NCBI GenBank assembly: GCA_945859975.1
Contig: CAMAPH010000005.1
Span: 1-64,000 of the forward strand
From: Chthonomonas calidirosea
GTDB lineage: Bacteria; Armatimonadota; Fimbriimonadia; Fimbriimonadales; Fimbriimonadaceae
DNA: 64,000 bases
Direction of reading: 5' to 3'
The translations under genes were made by a program, and so were the position numbers. The notes beneath the pieces were generated by a model. The model searched no databases. It was not told where the DNA came from and worked only from the letters and a program-made list of their open reading frames with translations. Positions 1-10,430 of the stretch are shown piece after piece. The first letter of the stretch is position 1; the number at the start of each line of letters is the position of its first letter.

Positions 1-1623
1 TGGCTGCTGGCTGTTCTGGACGGCGTTGTGGTTCCTTTTGACATCGAAGGCGTGGTGAGCGGAAACGAATCCCGAGGCCACCGATTCTATGCTCCATCGG
101 CGTTTGCCGTTACATCGGCAGATGAACTCATTGCTCGACTTCGCGAGAACTTTGTCGAGCCTGATCCCGCCGTCCGCAAAGCCGCGATTCTTCAGCAAAT
201 CGAAGCCAAGTGCTCCGGAGTAGCGGAGATATCCGAAGACTTGCTGGATGAAAACGTGCATCTCACCGAATGGCCGACCGTCATCGAAGGCGAGTTTCCT
301 GCTTCTTTCCTCGACTTGCCAGAGCCCGTTTTGGTTACGGCGATGGCAAAGCACGAGCGGATGTTCCCCGTGCGCGATGCTTCGGGCAAGATCACAAACC
401 GCTTCCTCTTTGTCCGCAATAGTGGTGAGGACGACACCGTTCGGGCGGGATCGGCTTGGGTGCTCAACGCACGATTTAACGACGCGAAGTTCTTCTATCA
501 AGAGGACCAGAAATCGACTTTGGCGGATTTTCTTGCCAAGACCACCGGGATTGTTTTCCAAGAGAAACTGGGCACGGTTCTTTCCCGGTCCGAGCGACTC
601 GCGAACGTGGCGCGCTTTGTGGCCGAAGCGACCGGAGCTTCGGAAGAAGAAGCCGAACTGGCCGAGTTGGCGGGCCGGTACGCGAAAGCGGACCTCAGCA
701 CCGGATTGGTGAGCGAACTCTCCTCGCTCCAGGGCATCGTTGGCGCGGAGTACGCCCGGGCCGAGGGAATGCCGGAAGCAGTAGTGACCGCGCTTCGACA
801 CCAATATGCCCCGACCAAGAACGTATCGCCGGAGACGGATTTGGGCCACCGAACAGGGTTGCGGCTTGCGATGGCGGATCAGCTTGATAAGCTCGCTGGG
901 TTCCTTGGTCTCGGACTCGAACCGACCGGATCGAGTGACCCATTCGGCTTGCGACGATGCGCAACAGTGCTTATTGAATCGGCTTGGGCTTGGCCCGGCG
1001 CGCTTCCAGCTTATGACCAGCTCTTCGATTTCGCGCTCGATCAGTACCGAGAGCAAGCGATTCCACTCGACAACGCCGGTGCTCATACCGCGCTTTGGGA
1101 TGTGTTCGAGGGTCGGTACTCGGCGCTGATGCCAGAAGTTCGGCACGACATCCTGGATGCCGCCGCGCTGAGCGAGCACCGATGGGAGCTCACGATTCCG
1201 CAAGCAGTGAAGTTCCGTGTTGCCGTGATGACAATCCTGGCTGGCCAGACTGCCCTCGTTCAGACGGCAACTCGGCCGCTGAACCTCGTGGCGTCTTCGC
1301 GAAAGAAGGGCATGGAGTACGGGTTTGACGACCCACTGCGACAGATCGTAGCCACCGATCTGGATTCCGAACCTGGTCTTGCCCTGCTGGAGGTTCTAAA
1401 AGCTCAAGAAGATGATCTGTTCCGGTTTGCCCGGGAGCGCGACGTAAACGGCACCGTCGGCGCGGTTGAGGCGCTGGTTGCGCCGATCAACGCGTTCTTA
1501 GATGGAACGATGGTACTGGTCGAAGATGCGGCGGTGCGCTATGCTCGATTAACGCTTTTGCACGCGGCTTCGCTTCAGTTGCTCGCGGCGGGTGACTTTA
1601 CGAAGCTCGTTATCGAAGGCTGA
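1..1623 (+). CDS. glyS: Glycine--tRNA ligase beta subunit (5' truncated by window edge)
   Basis: Frame is open from position 1. GlyRS-beta motifs: SRGHRF, VLNARFNDAKFFY, YAKADLSTGLVSELSSLQG, GSSDPFGLRR. Confidence 0.95.
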   Translation, partial: WLLAVLDGVVVPFDIEGVVSGNESRGHRFYAPSAFAVTSADELIARLRENFVEPDPAVRKAAILQQIEAKCSGVAEISEDLLDENVHLTEWPTVIEGEFPASFLDLPEPVLVTAMAKHERMFPVRDASGKITNRFLFVRNSGEDDTVRAGSAWVLNARFNDAKFFYQEDQKSTLADFLAKTTGIVFQEKLGTVLSRSERLANVARFVAEATGASEEEAELAELAGRYAKADLSTGLVSELSSLQGIVGAEYARAEGMPEAVVTALRHQYAPTKNVSPETDLGHRTGLRLAMADQLDKLAGFLGLGLEPTGSSDPFGLRRCATVLIESAWAWPGALPAYDQLFDFALDQYREQAIPLDNAGAHTALWDVFEGRYSALMPEVRHDILDAAALSEHRWELTIPQAVKFRVAVMTILAGQTALVQTATRPLNLVASSRKKGMEYGFDDPLRQIVATDLDSEPGLALLEVLKAQEDDLFRFARERDVNGTVGAVEALVAPINAFLDGTMVLVEDAAVRYARLTLLHAASLQLLAAGDFTKLVIEG

Positions 1624-1633
1624 AGATTCCAAC

Positions 1634-2119
1634 ATGGCCCTTGAACCGCTGAATACCGACGAGAAACTCGACGCGGCGGTACGTCCGGAGAAAGACATGG
1701 ACGCCCAAATGATCTTTGGGTGCAGTGGCTTTTTGGTCGCGGCGGTCGCGGGTTACTTGCTCAGCATTTGGCCATTCGTGGCTTTCCAGAAGACGGAGCA
1801 GATTCAATGGTTGCTCATCTGCTTTGCGGCGGGGCCGCTTCCGGCGACGATTTTAGGGATTTACGCCACGCGGAAGTTTGGGCTTGGCGGGGCTTGCGGG
1901 TTCATCGGCGGCGCGCTTTGCACCGGGGTTTTCCTGTTCCTGCGGATTCAGCACAGCTTCATTTCGGCTTTGGCGCAACAGGCGCCGCGGCCGGAATATC
2001 CGGAGGCGTTCCAGTACTTGGTGCCCGGGGCGTACATCTTGGCCTGCCTCTTCTTGGCCATCTTGATCCTGCCGAAGGACGAGTTTGGGCCGAGTGATCC
2101 AGCGGCGAAGGGACCGTAG
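1634..2119 (+). CDS. Hypothetical membrane protein (about 4 TM segments)
   Basis: ORF fills the gap between glyS and prfB. Hydrophobic segments. ATG at 1634. Confidence 0.75.
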   Translation: MALEPLNTDEKLDAAVRPEKDMDAQMIFGCSGFLVAAVAGYLLSIWPFVAFQKTEQIQWLLICFAAGPLPATILGIYATRKFGLGGACGFIGGALCTGVFLFLRIQHSFISALAQQAPRPEYPEAFQYLVPGAYILACLFLAILILPKDEFGPSDPAAKGP

Positions 2120-2142
2120 CGGTTCGCCGGTAAACTGTGCGG

Positions 2143-3259
2143 GTGCTATCGTTAGAACAGCATCAGACTTTGTCCGAGGCGCGTAGTCGTCTGGACGCGA
2201 TTAGGGGGCATCTTTGACGTCCCTCGAATGCAGCGCAACATTGAAGAGCTAGAAGCTCAGTCGGCCGAACTTACCTTCTGGGACGACCCCTCGGCGGCAA
2301 ACAAAACCCTCCAGCACCTTTCTCGAATCCGAAACGTGTTGAACCCGTTCTTGCAACTCGACAAGATGGAGCGGGACATCGACGAGCTTTACGGCCTTCT
2401 CAAACTTGAGCCAGACGAGGAAACGGAGAAGGAAGCCGACACCATGGCGATTGACTTCATGGCGAGGTTGGACGCCTACGAACTTCGCACTCTGCTGACT
2501 GGCGAGTACGACTCGCGAAACGCGCTTTTGGAAGTTCAGGCCGGCGCGGGCGGATCGGAGGCTTGTGACTGGGCTTCGATTCTTCAGCGGCAGTACCAAC
2601 GCTGGGCCGAGCGGCATGGGTTCAAAGTCGAAATCATGAGCGAGACCCCCGGCGATGTCGTGGGCTACCGTAGCATCCAGATGCAGATCACCGGTGAGAA
2701 CGCGTTTGGGTTCTTGCGGTCGGAGATTGGGGTGCACCGACTGGTGCGAATTTCGCCGTTCGATGCCGCTTCTCGACGACACACGTCGTTCGCCAAGCTC
2801 GAGGTTTTGCCGGAGATTGAAGAGTCAGAAGTGACGATCAATCCCGACGATTTGAAGGTAGAAACCCTGCGAGCAGGCGGCGCGGGTGGTCAGCACGTTA
2901 ACAAGACCGAATCGGCCGTCCGAATCACGCACCTCCCCACCGGGATCGTCGTGAACTGCCAGAACGAGCGTAGCCAGCACAAGAACCGCGCCTCGGCAAT
3001 GTCGGTTCTGCTTGCCCGTCTCATGGAAGTCGAACGGTTGGATGCTGAAGCCAAGGTCCAGGCTCTCAAGAGCGACGGCGGCCCGGCGGCTTGGGGTCGG
3101 CAGATTCGAAGCTACGTGATGCAGCCGTACACGATGGTGAAAGACCACCGCACCGGCCACGAAACCGCCAACGTCTCCGGCGTTTTGGACGGGGACATTG
3201 ACGGCTTCATCGAGGCTTATCTGAAGAAGCGACCGTCGGAAGAAGACTTCGTGGATTGA
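2143..3259 (+). CDS. prfB: Peptide chain release factor 2 with programmed +1 frameshift
   Basis: GTG2143 opens [24 protein letters not shown] up to AGGGGG-CAT-CTT-TGA-C (2203-2218). The +1 frame joins the 2228-3259 ORF, which has the SPF and GGQ motifs. Confidence 0.97.
2203..2218 (+). promoter_or_regulatory. RF2 autoregulatory frameshift site (internal SD + CTT TGA C)
   Basis: AGGGGGCATCTTTGAC matches the canonical prfB slippery site. Confidence 0.95.
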
Positions 3260-3265
3260 TCGGGC

Positions 3266-3288
3266 GGTCCTGGACTTAGTCCAGGACC
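3266..3288. terminator. Perfect 11-bp inverted repeat between convergent genes, possible terminator
   Basis: GGTCCTGGACT-T-AGTCCAGGACC. No strong U tract. Confidence 0.5.
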
Positions 3289-3294
3289 AGACGC

Positions 3295-4596
3295 TTACTT
3301 ATTCTCTATCAGCAGCCAAGGCATTGACGGCATATCTTTCAGTCCCGCTGGGCGGCTTGAATTGAAGGTGATCGGGGTGCCGTCGGTGCAGCCCATGCGG
3401 CCCCAGTAGGAGAGCTTTCGGCCGAGTTCGGCGTTAGCGACCTTAGCGTTGACGGCGCCGCCAAAGGCACCGCGGCCGCAGAGCGTGCTGCCGGAGGCTC
3501 CCTTGCGGTCAAGGACTTCGTCGTAAGTGTCCGACAAAAACGCGCGGCCGAGGAGGTCGTCGACGAGGCCGGTGTTCTTGGTTAGCAGGGACTCCCAGCG
3601 GGCTTTGCGGCGGAGCGAGCCGTTTCGCTTTGGATCGGGGTTCCAGCCACGGGTCTCTTCGGCGGTGAGTTTCGGGTCTTCGCAGAAGTTCGCGCCGACG
3701 AAGTAACCGTCTTTTGAGCGGCTCAACACGACATTCTTGAGGCCTAGTTCCAGCTTGCCGATTTCGTTTGAGTTCAGGTCGGCAATGAGCCAGGTGTTGG
3801 CGTAGCCGCCGTTGTTGCCTTTCTTCATGATCTCCACCCACTCGTCGAGGTCTTCGGCGTATTGGGTGGCTTTTCGCATTCGCACGAACTCTGGGATGCC
3901 TTCGGGATCGAAGCCGAAGAATCCAGGAATCGTAGTTTCGCAGATCATGAGGCCAGCGGAAGTGATGGCGAAATCGGTGCCGGAGTGGATGAACCCGGGC
4001 AATGCGTCCATAACAACGCGGTGGCCCTTGGTTGGTTGGATGTCGAGGGCGAAGTTGAATCGCTGGCCGACCAAGTAGTCCCACCACATGTTGTGGCCGA
4101 TGACCGGTTTCCCGTCCTTAGTCGCTTTTCCGGTCGCGACGAATGCCGAGCAAGATTCTTTGGTGCTGGCTTTGTCGTTGAGCCAGGGCCAGTAGTAGCC
4201 TTCAAGTTCGATGTGCGAGTTGTAGGCAAGCACGTCCCAGCGGTCGAGGTTGACGTTCTTGGCCTTCAGGCCCTCTACTTGGCCGTCGATTTCATCTTGG
4301 TACTCCTTGTCCAGCTTGTCCCAAAACATGCGCTGGGCTTCCGCGCGGAACCAATTCCAATCCTTTCCGGTGCTGCCTTTAACGGATGAGCGGACGACCG
4401 TATGGGCATCCAGAATTTCCGCAGAGCCGAGGTAACCGAGCTGGTATCCGATGTTTCGAGGTTCGCCTTTGAGGGTGATTTGAACCCAACCAGCCTCATC
4501 CTTCCGGCTGGATCCTTTCAGTCGTTCGGCATCTGGAGCCTGCACTCCAGAGAAAACGAGCGCAGGAGTGATAAGAAGGGCCAGAAACGAAGGCAT
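3295..4596 (-). CDS. Secreted Ntn-hydrolase, C45 peptidase / phospholipase B-like family
   Basis: Signal peptide [14 protein letters not shown]. Nucleophile motif ES|CSAF, plus GHN, ETT and NNGGYANTW. Start moved to ATG4596. Confidence 0.8.
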   Translation of the reverse strand: MPSFLALLITPALVFSGVQAPDAERLKGSSRKDEAGWVQITLKGEPRNIGYQLGYLGSAEILDAHTVVRSSVKGSTGKDWNWFRAEAQRMFWDKLDKEYQDEIDGQVEGLKAKNVNLDRWDVLAYNSHIELEGYYWPWLNDKASTKESCSAFVATGKATKDGKPVIGHNMWWDYLVGQRFNFALDIQPTKGHRVVMDALPGFIHSGTDFAITSAGLMICETTIPGFFGFDPEGIPEFVRMRKATQYAEDLDEWVEIMKKGNNGGYANTWLIADLNSNEIGKLELGLKNVVLSRSKDGYFVGANFCEDPKLTAEETRGWNPDPKRNGSLRRKARWESLLTKNTGLVDDLLGRAFLSDTYDEVLDRKGASGSTLCGRGAFGGAVNAKVANAELGRKLSYWGRMGCTDGTPITFNSSRPAGLKDMPSMPWLLIENK

Positions 4597-4638
4597 AACC
4601 TTAAGAAGTATAGCGACGATCTTGATTACAATCTGGGC

Positions 4639-6027
4639 ATGGCGAAGACGCTTTTCGACAAAGTTTGGGATCAGCACGTGGTATCGGAGCTGCCCGACGG
4701 AGGCGTTCTGCTGTACATCGACCGCCATTTGGTTCACGAAGTCACCTCGCCGCAGGCGTTTGATGGTCTTCGGGAGCACGGCCGGATGGTGCGCCGGACC
4801 GATTTAACCTTTGCCACGGTTGACCATAACGTGCCAACCGACGGCCGTCCGATTGATGAATCGACGGTGAGCGGAAAGCAGCTTGCAGCCCTGGCGCGGA
4901 ACACGCGAGAGTTCGGGATTCCGCTCTTTGGCTATAAAGAAGACCGACAGGGCATCGTTCACGTCATCGGGCCCCAGCTCGGCATCACGCTGCCGGGCCT
5001 GACCATCGTTTGCGGAGACAGCCACACGAGCACGCACGGAGCCTTTGGTGCTTTGGCGTTTGGTATTGGCACCAGCGAAGTTGAACACGTCTTGGCGACG
5101 CAGACCCTGCGAGCGCCGACGAAACCGAAGAGCCTCGGCATTCATGTAGCGGGTGCGCTTCCGACTGGGGTGACGGCGAAGGACGTCATTCTCGCTATCA
5201 TCCGAAAGCTCGGGGCAAGCGGAGGAACGGGCTACGTGGTCGAGTATCGCGGCGACACAATCGAGGCGCTCTCGATGAGCGGGCGCATGACGATTTGCAA
5301 CATGAGCATCGAAATGGGTGCCCGCGCCGGGATGATTGCGCCGGATGCGACGACGCTTGAATTCATTTCGGCGGAGGACCGTCCGTTTGCGCCGAAAGGC
5401 GCGGCGTTTGAAGCGCTTGTCGCTCAAGTCGCTGAGCTCCAATCAGATCCGGACGCGACTTTTGATCGAACGGAAGCGCTCGATGCGACCGCGCTTTCAC
5501 CACAAGTGAGTTGGGGCACAACGCCAGCCATGACGGTGGACATCAACGAGGCCGTGCCCGATCCGAAGGACGCAGCCGAGGAACGCGCGCAGCGCTATAT
5601 GGGTCTAAAGCCGGGAGTCGCAATGGCGGAGTTGGATATTAATACGGTGTTCATAGGCTCTTGCACAAACTCGCGAATAGAGGACCTTCGGGAAGCTGCC
5701 GCGTTGGTGCGTGGCCGAAAGGTGGCGTCGGGAGTGCGGGCAATGGTGGTTCCAGGAAGTGAAGCGGTGAAGAAACTGGCCGAACAAGAGGGGCTCCAAG
5801 ACGTGTTCACGGATGCGGGTTTTGAGTGGCACTTCGCCGGGTGCTCCATGTGCCTGGGCATGAACGGCGACATTCTTCGGCCAGGGGAGCGAAGCGCTTC
5901 GACCAGCAATCGACCTTACGAAGGTCGTCAGGGCCCCGGCTCGCGGACGCACTTGGTTTCGCCGATTACTGCCGCCGCGACCGCGATCAAAGGCAAGCTG
6001 GCCGATCCGCGTGAGTATTTGGGCTAG
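4639..6027 (+). CDS. leuC: 3-isopropylmalate dehydratase large subunit
   Basis: [52 protein letters not shown]. Confidence 0.97.
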   Translation: MAKTLFDKVWDQHVVSELPDGGVLLYIDRHLVHEVTSPQAFDGLREHGRMVRRTDLTFATVDHNVPTDGRPIDESTVSGKQLAALARNTREFGIPLFGYKEDRQGIVHVIGPQLGITLPGLTIVCGDSHTSTHGAFGALAFGIGTSEVEHVLATQTLRAPTKPKSLGIHVAGALPTGVTAKDVILAIIRKLGASGGTGYVVEYRGDTIEALSMSGRMTICNMSIEMGARAGMIAPDATTLEFISAEDRPFAPKGAAFEALVAQVAELQSDPDATFDRTEALDATALSPQVSWGTTPAMTVDINEAVPDPKDAAEERAQRYMGLKPGVAMAELDINTVFIGSCTNSRIEDLREAAALVRGRKVASGVRAMVVPGSEAVKKLAEQEGLQDVFTDAGFEWHFAGCSMCLGMNGDILRPGERSASTSNRPYEGRQGPGSRTHLVSPITAAATAIKGKLADPREYLG

Positions 6028-6029
6028 AG

Positions 6030-6389
6030 ATGAAAGCAGTTGTTACCGGATTGATCGCGATGATGTTGGCAAGCTCGGCCTTTGCCCAGCCTGACTTATC
6101 GCAAATTCAACGGTCTTGGAAGAACTGGACCCGCAAAGCGGATGCAGAGGCCAAGTCGGTACGCGTTCGGTTGCAAGCCAGCGCCCGCCGTCTCGAACGC
6201 GGCTGGGATGCGCTGGAAAGGTCGGAGCAAGTCCGATTGGCGAAAGAGTTGTGGGCCCTTCGTCAGCACATTAACTTGCTGGCATTGCTAGGTTCGGATG
6301 AAACTTCAAAGATGTTTGGGTTGGATACAACGGCAATTCGGACTTTACAGTCGGCGCTGAAGTTTGCTTCGACGATGAAGCTGGGCTAG
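6030..6389 (+). CDS. Hypothetical secreted helical protein
   Basis: Signal peptide ending SAFA. Starts 2 nt after the leuC stop. Confidence 0.7.
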   Translation: MKAVVTGLIAMMLASSAFAQPDLSQIQRSWKNWTRKADAEAKSVRVRLQASARRLERGWDALERSEQVRLAKELWALRQHINLLALLGSDETSKMFGLDTTAIRTLQSALKFASTMKLG

Positions 6390-6438
6390 TTCCGCGAGGG
6401 AGCCGATAAGTCTCGGCTAGGCTCTAAAGGGAACGCCG

Positions 6439-6467
6439 TTGAATCTGCCATTCCGATCTGGTATCAT
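6439..6467 (+). promoter_or_regulatory. Sigma70-type promoter of the rpmH operon
   Basis: TTGAAT-N17-TATCAT with TG extension. Confidence 0.7.
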
Positions 6468-6513
6468 TCTCAGTTCATTCGAGGGCGCGATGCGCCTGCG
6501 AGAGTAGATTGCT

Positions 6514-6648
6514 ATGAAGCGTACATTTCAACCTAACAATCGGAAGCGACAAACCACTCACGGTTTTCGTGTCCGCATGCGCACGACAGACGGCCAGAAC
6601 GTTCTGAAGCGCCGTCGAGTCAAGGGTCGCCACCGCATATCCGCGTAA
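6514..6648 (+). CDS. rpmH: 50S ribosomal protein L34 (missing from ORF track)
   Basis: Manual translation gives [44 protein letters not shown]. Confidence 0.98.
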   Translation: MKRTFQPNNRKRQTTHGFRVRMRTTDGQNVLKRRRVKGRHRISA

Positions 6649-6980
6649 AGGGACCTGCGAAAGCGCGTTTTGAGACCGTTTATCGAGACGGACGAAGGCA
6701 TTCGGGTGCTTTCGTCCGTTTTCACGTGCTTCCGGGCACGGGACTTGTGGGGATTGCGACCTCGAAGAAGCTTGGCGGGAAGCCGCAGCGCAACCACGTA
6801 AAGCGCCAAATTCGCGAGATCGTGCGGCCATTCGTCGCACAGTCGAATCCCGAGTGGGACTTTATCGTATTGGTATCAGAGCGAGCCTCGAATGCCTCGT
6901 TTGCGGAAATCCAAGCCGATATCCGCCAATTGTTCGAAACCTCCCCATGGACGCCGGTCGAAAAATCGGAATCTTCTTGA
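6645..6980 (+). CDS. rnpA: Ribonuclease P protein component (start uncertain)
   Basis: [20 protein letters not shown] motif and synteny with rpmH. The conserved N-terminal [11 protein letters not shown] lies upstream of the first canonical start (GTG6726). Confidence 0.88.
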   Translation, partial: VKGPAKARFETVYRDGRRHSGAFVRFHVLPGTGLVGIATSKKLGGKPQRNHVKRQIREIVRPFVAQSNPEWDFIVLVSERASNASFAEIQADIRQLFETSPWTPVEKSESS

Positions 6981-7162
6981 TCGATTGCTACAAAAAGGGC
7001 TTTGCTTGGTTGCCGCCGAGTTGTCGGTACACGCCAAGTTGCTCAAGCTACGCGCGTCAAGCGATTGAGAAGTACGGGTTGGTCCGAGGGAGCTGGATGG
7101 GGCTTAAGCGAATTGCACGCTGTCATCCTTTTCGACCGGGCGGTCACGATCCGGTCCCATAA
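6947..7162 (+). CDS. yidD: Membrane protein insertion efficiency factor
   Basis: [11 protein letters not shown]...[15 protein letters not shown]. Confidence 0.96.
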   Translation: MDAGRKIGIFLIDCYKKGFAWLPPSCRYTPSCSSYARQAIEKYGLVRGSWMGLKRIARCHPFRPGGHDPVP

Positions 7163-7213
7163 ACGCCCAAGCACCGCCGCGTTTGAATCACAATAATAAC
7201 CGCCGATTTCGAG

Positions 7214-8644
7214 ATGTCTCAACCTACACCGCGTAACAACTTTATCCAGACGCTCCTCATTGTGACGCTGGTGTTCTTTGGCTTCCAGCTACTCTTCCCA
7301 CAGAACAAAACGAACGAGACCGAGTTCTTTGGCAAAAAGCTGACCACGGCCAGTGAAGTCAAAGATGCCCTCGTTGAATCTAACGCGAAGCAGTACGACG
7401 TCACGGCACAACGTTTGCAGGGCGTCTACCAGCGCATGCTGGACGAGCAAGTCGCCAAGAAGACGATGACGCTAGCCGAGGCAGACGCGGAAAAGCTCAC
7501 GGCTACGGTTCTGGTTGCGGACACGCAGCTTAAGGCAGGCCTCGCCCGAAACGATACCGGTCGAGTCCGAAACGCCTACCACCTGCTTCTTCCGTACGAA
7601 ACCCGGTTGCTGGATGATCCGAAATGGAACAGCGCCATTCCCGTGGCAGATGTCACGGCAGACGCTCGTTTCGGATGGAAAGAGTGGACAGGCCGAGACC
7701 TTTACAAGCGAACGGTTGAAGTTATATCTGCCCGCGGCAAAACGGACCTAATTTGGGGCGCCATCCCCGGCGGATATGCGTTTATCGAGTTCCTCGTGAA
7801 CCTTGTCGGCGGTAAATCGAACCCGAACAGCTACGCGATCGCGGCATTCCTGCTTGCTCTAATCGTGCGATCCATTGTCTGGCCACTCGCACAAAAGCAG
7901 TTGATGTTTGGCCGCCAGATGATGCAGTTGGCCCCTCTCGTTGCGGAGATCAAGGAGAAATTCAAGGATCCACAGGAGCAGCAGAAAAAGACGATGGAGC
8001 TCTACAGCGAGTACGGGGTCAACCCGATGGCCGGATGTTTCCCGGCACTCGTTCAGCTGCCGTTGTTCCTCACCGTTTACCAGTGCATGTTGCTGTTCCA
8101 GTTCGAGTTTCAGAACGGCACGTTCCTTTGGGTGAACCCAAACACCGCGAAGGCATTCCCGCCCGGATTCGTCGCGCCGAACATGGGGCAACTCGATCCG
8201 CTGCTGATCATCATTTACGGCGTTATGATGGTGATCTCGACCCTGTTGCAGCCGGTGAACGATCCGAGCACAGCCAAGCAGCAGCGCGTCATGGGCATTG
8301 GTATCGCGATCTTCTTCACGGTCACGATGTTCTTTGGCTGGTTCCCGGTGCCGGGTGCCTTCGTCCTTTACTGGATTTTCTTGCTCATTTTGAGCACGCT
8401 CCAATCGCTCCGAGCCTACAATTTGCCGCTGCCTCCGTTGCAGCGTGTGAACACGGCGGCGGGCGGAACGTACCCGACCGGATTCGGCTCGAAATGGCAA
8501 AAACGAATTCAAGACATGATGCTGGAAGCTCAAGCACAGCAGGGGGCAAACCCCACGCCTGGATCGAGTAACTCCCCCACAATCACCCCTGGATCTGGCA
8601 AAACCGGTACCCCGGCAAAGCACAAACCCAAAAAACGAAAATGA
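7214..8644 (+). CDS. yidC: Membrane protein insertase YidC
   Basis: YSEYGVNPMAGCFPALVQLP, GAFVLYW, and synteny. Confidence 0.94.
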   Translation: MSQPTPRNNFIQTLLIVTLVFFGFQLLFPQNKTNETEFFGKKLTTASEVKDALVESNAKQYDVTAQRLQGVYQRMLDEQVAKKTMTLAEADAEKLTATVLVADTQLKAGLARNDTGRVRNAYHLLLPYETRLLDDPKWNSAIPVADVTADARFGWKEWTGRDLYKRTVEVISARGKTDLIWGAIPGGYAFIEFLVNLVGGKSNPNSYAIAAFLLALIVRSIVWPLAQKQLMFGRQMMQLAPLVAEIKEKFKDPQEQQKKTMELYSEYGVNPMAGCFPALVQLPLFLTVYQCMLLFQFEFQNGTFLWVNPNTAKAFPPGFVAPNMGQLDPLLIIIYGVMMVISTLLQPVNDPSTAKQQRVMGIGIAIFFTVTMFFGWFPVPGAFVLYWIFLLILSTLQSLRAYNLPLPPLQRVNTAAGGTYPTGFGSKWQKRIQDMMLEAQAQQGANPTPGSSNSPTITPGSGKTGTPAKHKPKKRK

Positions 8645-8682
8645 TCATCTTGCGCAATCGCAAGGTACATTACTGAGATTAA

Positions 8683-9552
8683 ATGTCCGCTATCGAACTG
8701 ACCGCCCGCTCCGTTGAGGATGCAAAGAAAACTGCCGCTGACAAGCTCGGGGTTGACGCTAGTCGCGTTACCGTAAAGGTCCTTGAGGAAACCAAGGGCC
8801 TGTTCGGCAAAGTCAACTATCGCGTCCTTGCCGAAGTCATTGCTGAGCCAGAAGCCGCTCCAGCTGCCGCACCGGCCGAGAAGGCAGAAGCCAAGCCGAA
8901 AGCTGGACGAGGCCGAACCGCCAAGGCAGAGCCTGCCGAGGCTGAAGCTGAGCCCATCGTTGAAGCGGAGCCAGAAGCTCCAGCTGCCCCAGCCCGAGGA
9001 CGACGCAAGACCGAAAAGGTTGCCGAACCAAAGGTTGCCGAAGTTTCGGAAACCGTCGAGGCTAGCGAAGCGACGGAGTCCGAAGAAGTAGAAGCCACCG
9101 AAACCGATGGAGCGGATTACCTCGCTCTTGTCAACGGCCTTCTTGCCAACTCTGGCCTCACGATCGAAGCGCAGATTAGCTCGCTCCAGGGACGCTACGT
9201 CAACTTGTCGCTCGACGGTAAGGACTCGTCCTACCTCGTTGGTAAGCACGGTGAAGTTCTGAACTCGCTTCAGTACTTGGTCAACATCATTGGTGGCCGC
9301 AAGTTCCAGCGTGGCGTTCGCGCTACGGTTGAGTGCAACGACTGGCGACGACGACGCGAAGAAAAGCTTACGAAGCAGGCTGCCGAAATCGCCGCTCAGG
9401 TTCTTGAGCGCGGTGAGGAAGCCGTGCTTGATGCGTTGCCAGCTTTCGAACGACGCATCGTTCACAAGGCCCTCCAGGACATTCCTGGCATCACGACTTA
9501 CTCGGAAGGCGAAGAGCCTAACCGACGAGTCGTTATCGGCCCAGCCGAATAA
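8683..9552 (+). CDS. jag: RNA-binding protein Jag/KhpB (Jag_N, KH, R3H)
   Basis: ARSVEDA..., LVGKHGEVLNSLQYL, ERRIVHKALQ, SEGEEPNRRVVI. Confidence 0.95.
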   Translation: MSAIELTARSVEDAKKTAADKLGVDASRVTVKVLEETKGLFGKVNYRVLAEVIAEPEAAPAAAPAEKAEAKPKAGRGRTAKAEPAEAEAEPIVEAEPEAPAAPARGRRKTEKVAEPKVAEVSETVEASEATESEEVEATETDGADYLALVNGLLANSGLTIEAQISSLQGRYVNLSLDGKDSSYLVGKHGEVLNSLQYLVNIIGGRKFQRGVRATVECNDWRRRREEKLTKQAAEIAAQVLERGEEAVLDALPAFERRIVHKALQDIPGITTYSEGEEPNRRVVIGPAE

Positions 9553-9557
9553 TAAAC

Positions 9558-9584
9558 GGTAACGCGAAAGCGTTACCTTTATTT
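9558..9584 (+). terminator. Rho-independent terminator after jag
   Basis: GGTAACGC-GAAA-GCGTTACC followed by TTTATTT. Confidence 0.85.
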
Positions 9585-9691
9585 CCTCTTTGGCTTTTTT
9601 GATACAAAAGCCGCTGTTTCGGCTATAAAAACAACCATTACGGGTCTAATACTTTAAGGGGGGAGTTTGTCCCCCTTAAAAGGAGATTGAA

Positions 9692-10396
9692 ATGAATTAC
9701 GCTCGTAAAGCAGTTTTAGCCGTTGGGCTTATGGTTATGGTGCCCATGGCGATGGCGCAGACCAGTCGATCGGAAGTCGGCGCAATCGTCAGCATCCTTT
9801 CCCGGTTGAATGCAGATCAAGGTCGATCGCTCATCAAGGGTCTTGGAGCCGTAGAAACCGCTGGCCGCGAGAACAAAACCTCGTTCTCACTCCCGGCAGC
9901 TTGGGATCTTCTGATGCAGGGTGTCGATGGTTCGGATCGACAGAACATCGAATCGATTCGAGGGTCCGCTGGTTCGTTCGACCGAGAATCCATTGCGATT
10001 CTCGTGCGAGATGCCTACCTTTCTGGACTGGACGACTCGGGCTCCATGGGCCAGACCTTAGGTCGATTTAGCGATGCCAAGATGATGGCGACCGGCGGCA
10101 AGCCCGCTGGCACAAACCGAGTTGTCGAGCACGTGATCGTCGATAACCTTGCCAGCAAAATGTCGGCCACTAGCGCAGGCGAGTTTCGACGCATCGTTGC
10201 CGCCCTTGAAAAGAAGGCGAAGACCGGATACGATAACTTTGGCTACAAGAACGCAGAAGCGATCCTCGTGATGGAGCTGGACGCCGACAAGCGATCTACT
10301 TTCGTCTCCGAATGGAAGACTTGGGACATCGCCGATCGAGAAGCGATTCTCAGCATCATTCGAGATGCATTCCTCGGCGGCCTCGAAGACCTCTGA
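9692..10396 (+). CDS. Hypothetical secreted protein with two internal repeats
   Basis: AGGAG SD and signal peptide ending AMA. DRESIAILVRDAYLSGLDD aligns with DREAILSIIRDAFLGGLED. Confidence 0.8.
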   Translation: MNYARKAVLAVGLMVMVPMAMAQTSRSEVGAIVSILSRLNADQGRSLIKGLGAVETAGRENKTSFSLPAAWDLLMQGVDGSDRQNIESIRGSAGSFDRESIAILVRDAYLSGLDDSGSMGQTLGRFSDAKMMATGGKPAGTNRVVEHVIVDNLASKMSATSAGEFRRIVAALEKKAKTGYDNFGYKNAEAILVMELDADKRSTFVSEWKTWDIADREAILSIIRDAFLGGLEDL

Positions 10397-10430
10397 TTCT
10401 TAACATTCCAGCGGGCATACTTCATATCTA

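Noticed and set aside
2215..2217. In-frame stop in prfB read as a pseudogene
   Set aside because: This is the well-known programmed +1 frameshift, neither a lesion nor novel.
8845..9105. Quasi-repeats within jag
   Set aside because: Ala/Glu/Pro-rich linker that is typical of Jag/KhpB proteins.
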